Positions 63,379-64,000 of a stretch of 64,000 bases of DNA are shown here, piece after piece. How positions within the stretch are numbered: position 1 is the first letter of the stretch; the number at the start of each line of letters is the position of its first letter. Below the pieces are notes generated by a model, which searched no databases, was not told where the DNA came from, and was given only the letters and a program-made list of their open reading frames with translations. The position numbers and the translations under genes were made by a program. This DNA is from Microcoleus sp. (GTDB lineage: Bacteria > Cyanobacteriota > Cyanobacteriia > Cyanobacteriales > Microcoleaceae): NCBI GenBank assembly GCA_042408215.1, contig JAYFMW010000030.1, positions 544,001 through 608,000 of the forward strand, in the 5' to 3' direction.

Positions 63379-64000
63379 CTAGTTACTGCGGCTGGTAATA
63401 TAATCGGCGATCGCCAGCAGCGGTAGGGCTTTATTCCCAAACACTGCCAGTTGAGCCTTAGCATCAGCAACAAGTTGTTGAGCTTGACGCCTTGACTCCT
63501 CAATTCCCCACAAACTGGGATATGTCACCTTTCCGGCTTGAAGATCTTTCCCAGCCGTTTTACCAAGTTCTTCGGCAGTAGCAGTAATATCCAGAATGTC
63601 ATCAATAATCTGGAAAGCCAACCCAATATTTTGAGCGAAACGGGAAAGCCGCTGCAAATCCGCAGCAGAAGCCCCAGCCAGAATTGCCCCACAAACCACC
63701 GAGGATTCTAACACCGCGCCGGTTTTGTGAGCATGAATGTAATTCAAAGTTTCTAGAGAAACATCTTTCAATCCTTCCGATTCCAGGTCAACCACCTGAC
63801 CGCCTACGAGTCCAGCAGCGCCCGATGCCCGCGCCAAATGGGCGATCGTCTGCAACACCTGATAGGGGGGTACGTTCTCAGTTTTAGTGGCGATATATTC
63901 AAAGGCATAGCTCAACAAACCATCGCCAGCCAAAATTGCGATATCTTCGCCGTAGACCTTGTGGTTAGTCAGTTGGCCGCGCCGATAGTCGTCATTGTCC
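63379..64000 (-). CDS. crtE: Geranylgeranyl diphosphate synthase (partial, runs off right edge)
   Basis: [33 protein letters not shown]. Confidence 0.92.
   Translation of the reverse strand, partial: DNDDYRRGQLTNHKVYGEDIAILAGDGLLSYAFEYIATKTENVPPYQVLQTIAHLARASGAAGLVGGQVVDLESEGLKDVSLETLNYIHAHKTGAVLESSVVCGAILAGASAADLQRLSRFAQNIGLAFQIIDDILDITATAEELGKTAGKDLQAGKVTYPSLWGIEESRRQAQQLVADAKAQLAVFGNKALPLLAIADYITSRSN

Overview
This is chromosomal DNA from a cyanobacterium. HIP1 GCGATCGC is dense and apcD, apcF, glnA with an NtcA promoter and cyAbrB are present. The repeat style suggests an Oscillatoriales/Microcoleus-like organism, which is inference. Bases 1-13.5 kb (minus strand) hold a head-less contractile tail operon: sheath, tube, tail-assembly chaperone with a hidden -1 frameshift extension, tube initiator, a 1.2-kaa helical protein, a frameshifted hub, a gpV spike, gp25 and baseplate J. 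The rest is housekeeping genes mixed with IS200/IS605 and IS607 elements, MITE/REP/STRR repeats, a small toxin-antitoxin island, an RTX/lipase locus, tRNA-Val and an ATPase+TOPRIM-like pair. Most notable: (1) two ORF-less HEARO/IscB-omegaRNA-like elements inserted directly in front of an ATGA start codon, one inside the first codons of the sheath gene; (2) three tandem divergent gene pairs, each a near-invariant 127-aa protein plus a variable XRE regulator with its own promoter, next to duplicated mazG 3' ends; (3) the lambda G/GT-type frameshift in the tail operon; (4) a pro-Fanzor-like IS607 TnpB. All calls come from reading the sequence; no searches were run.
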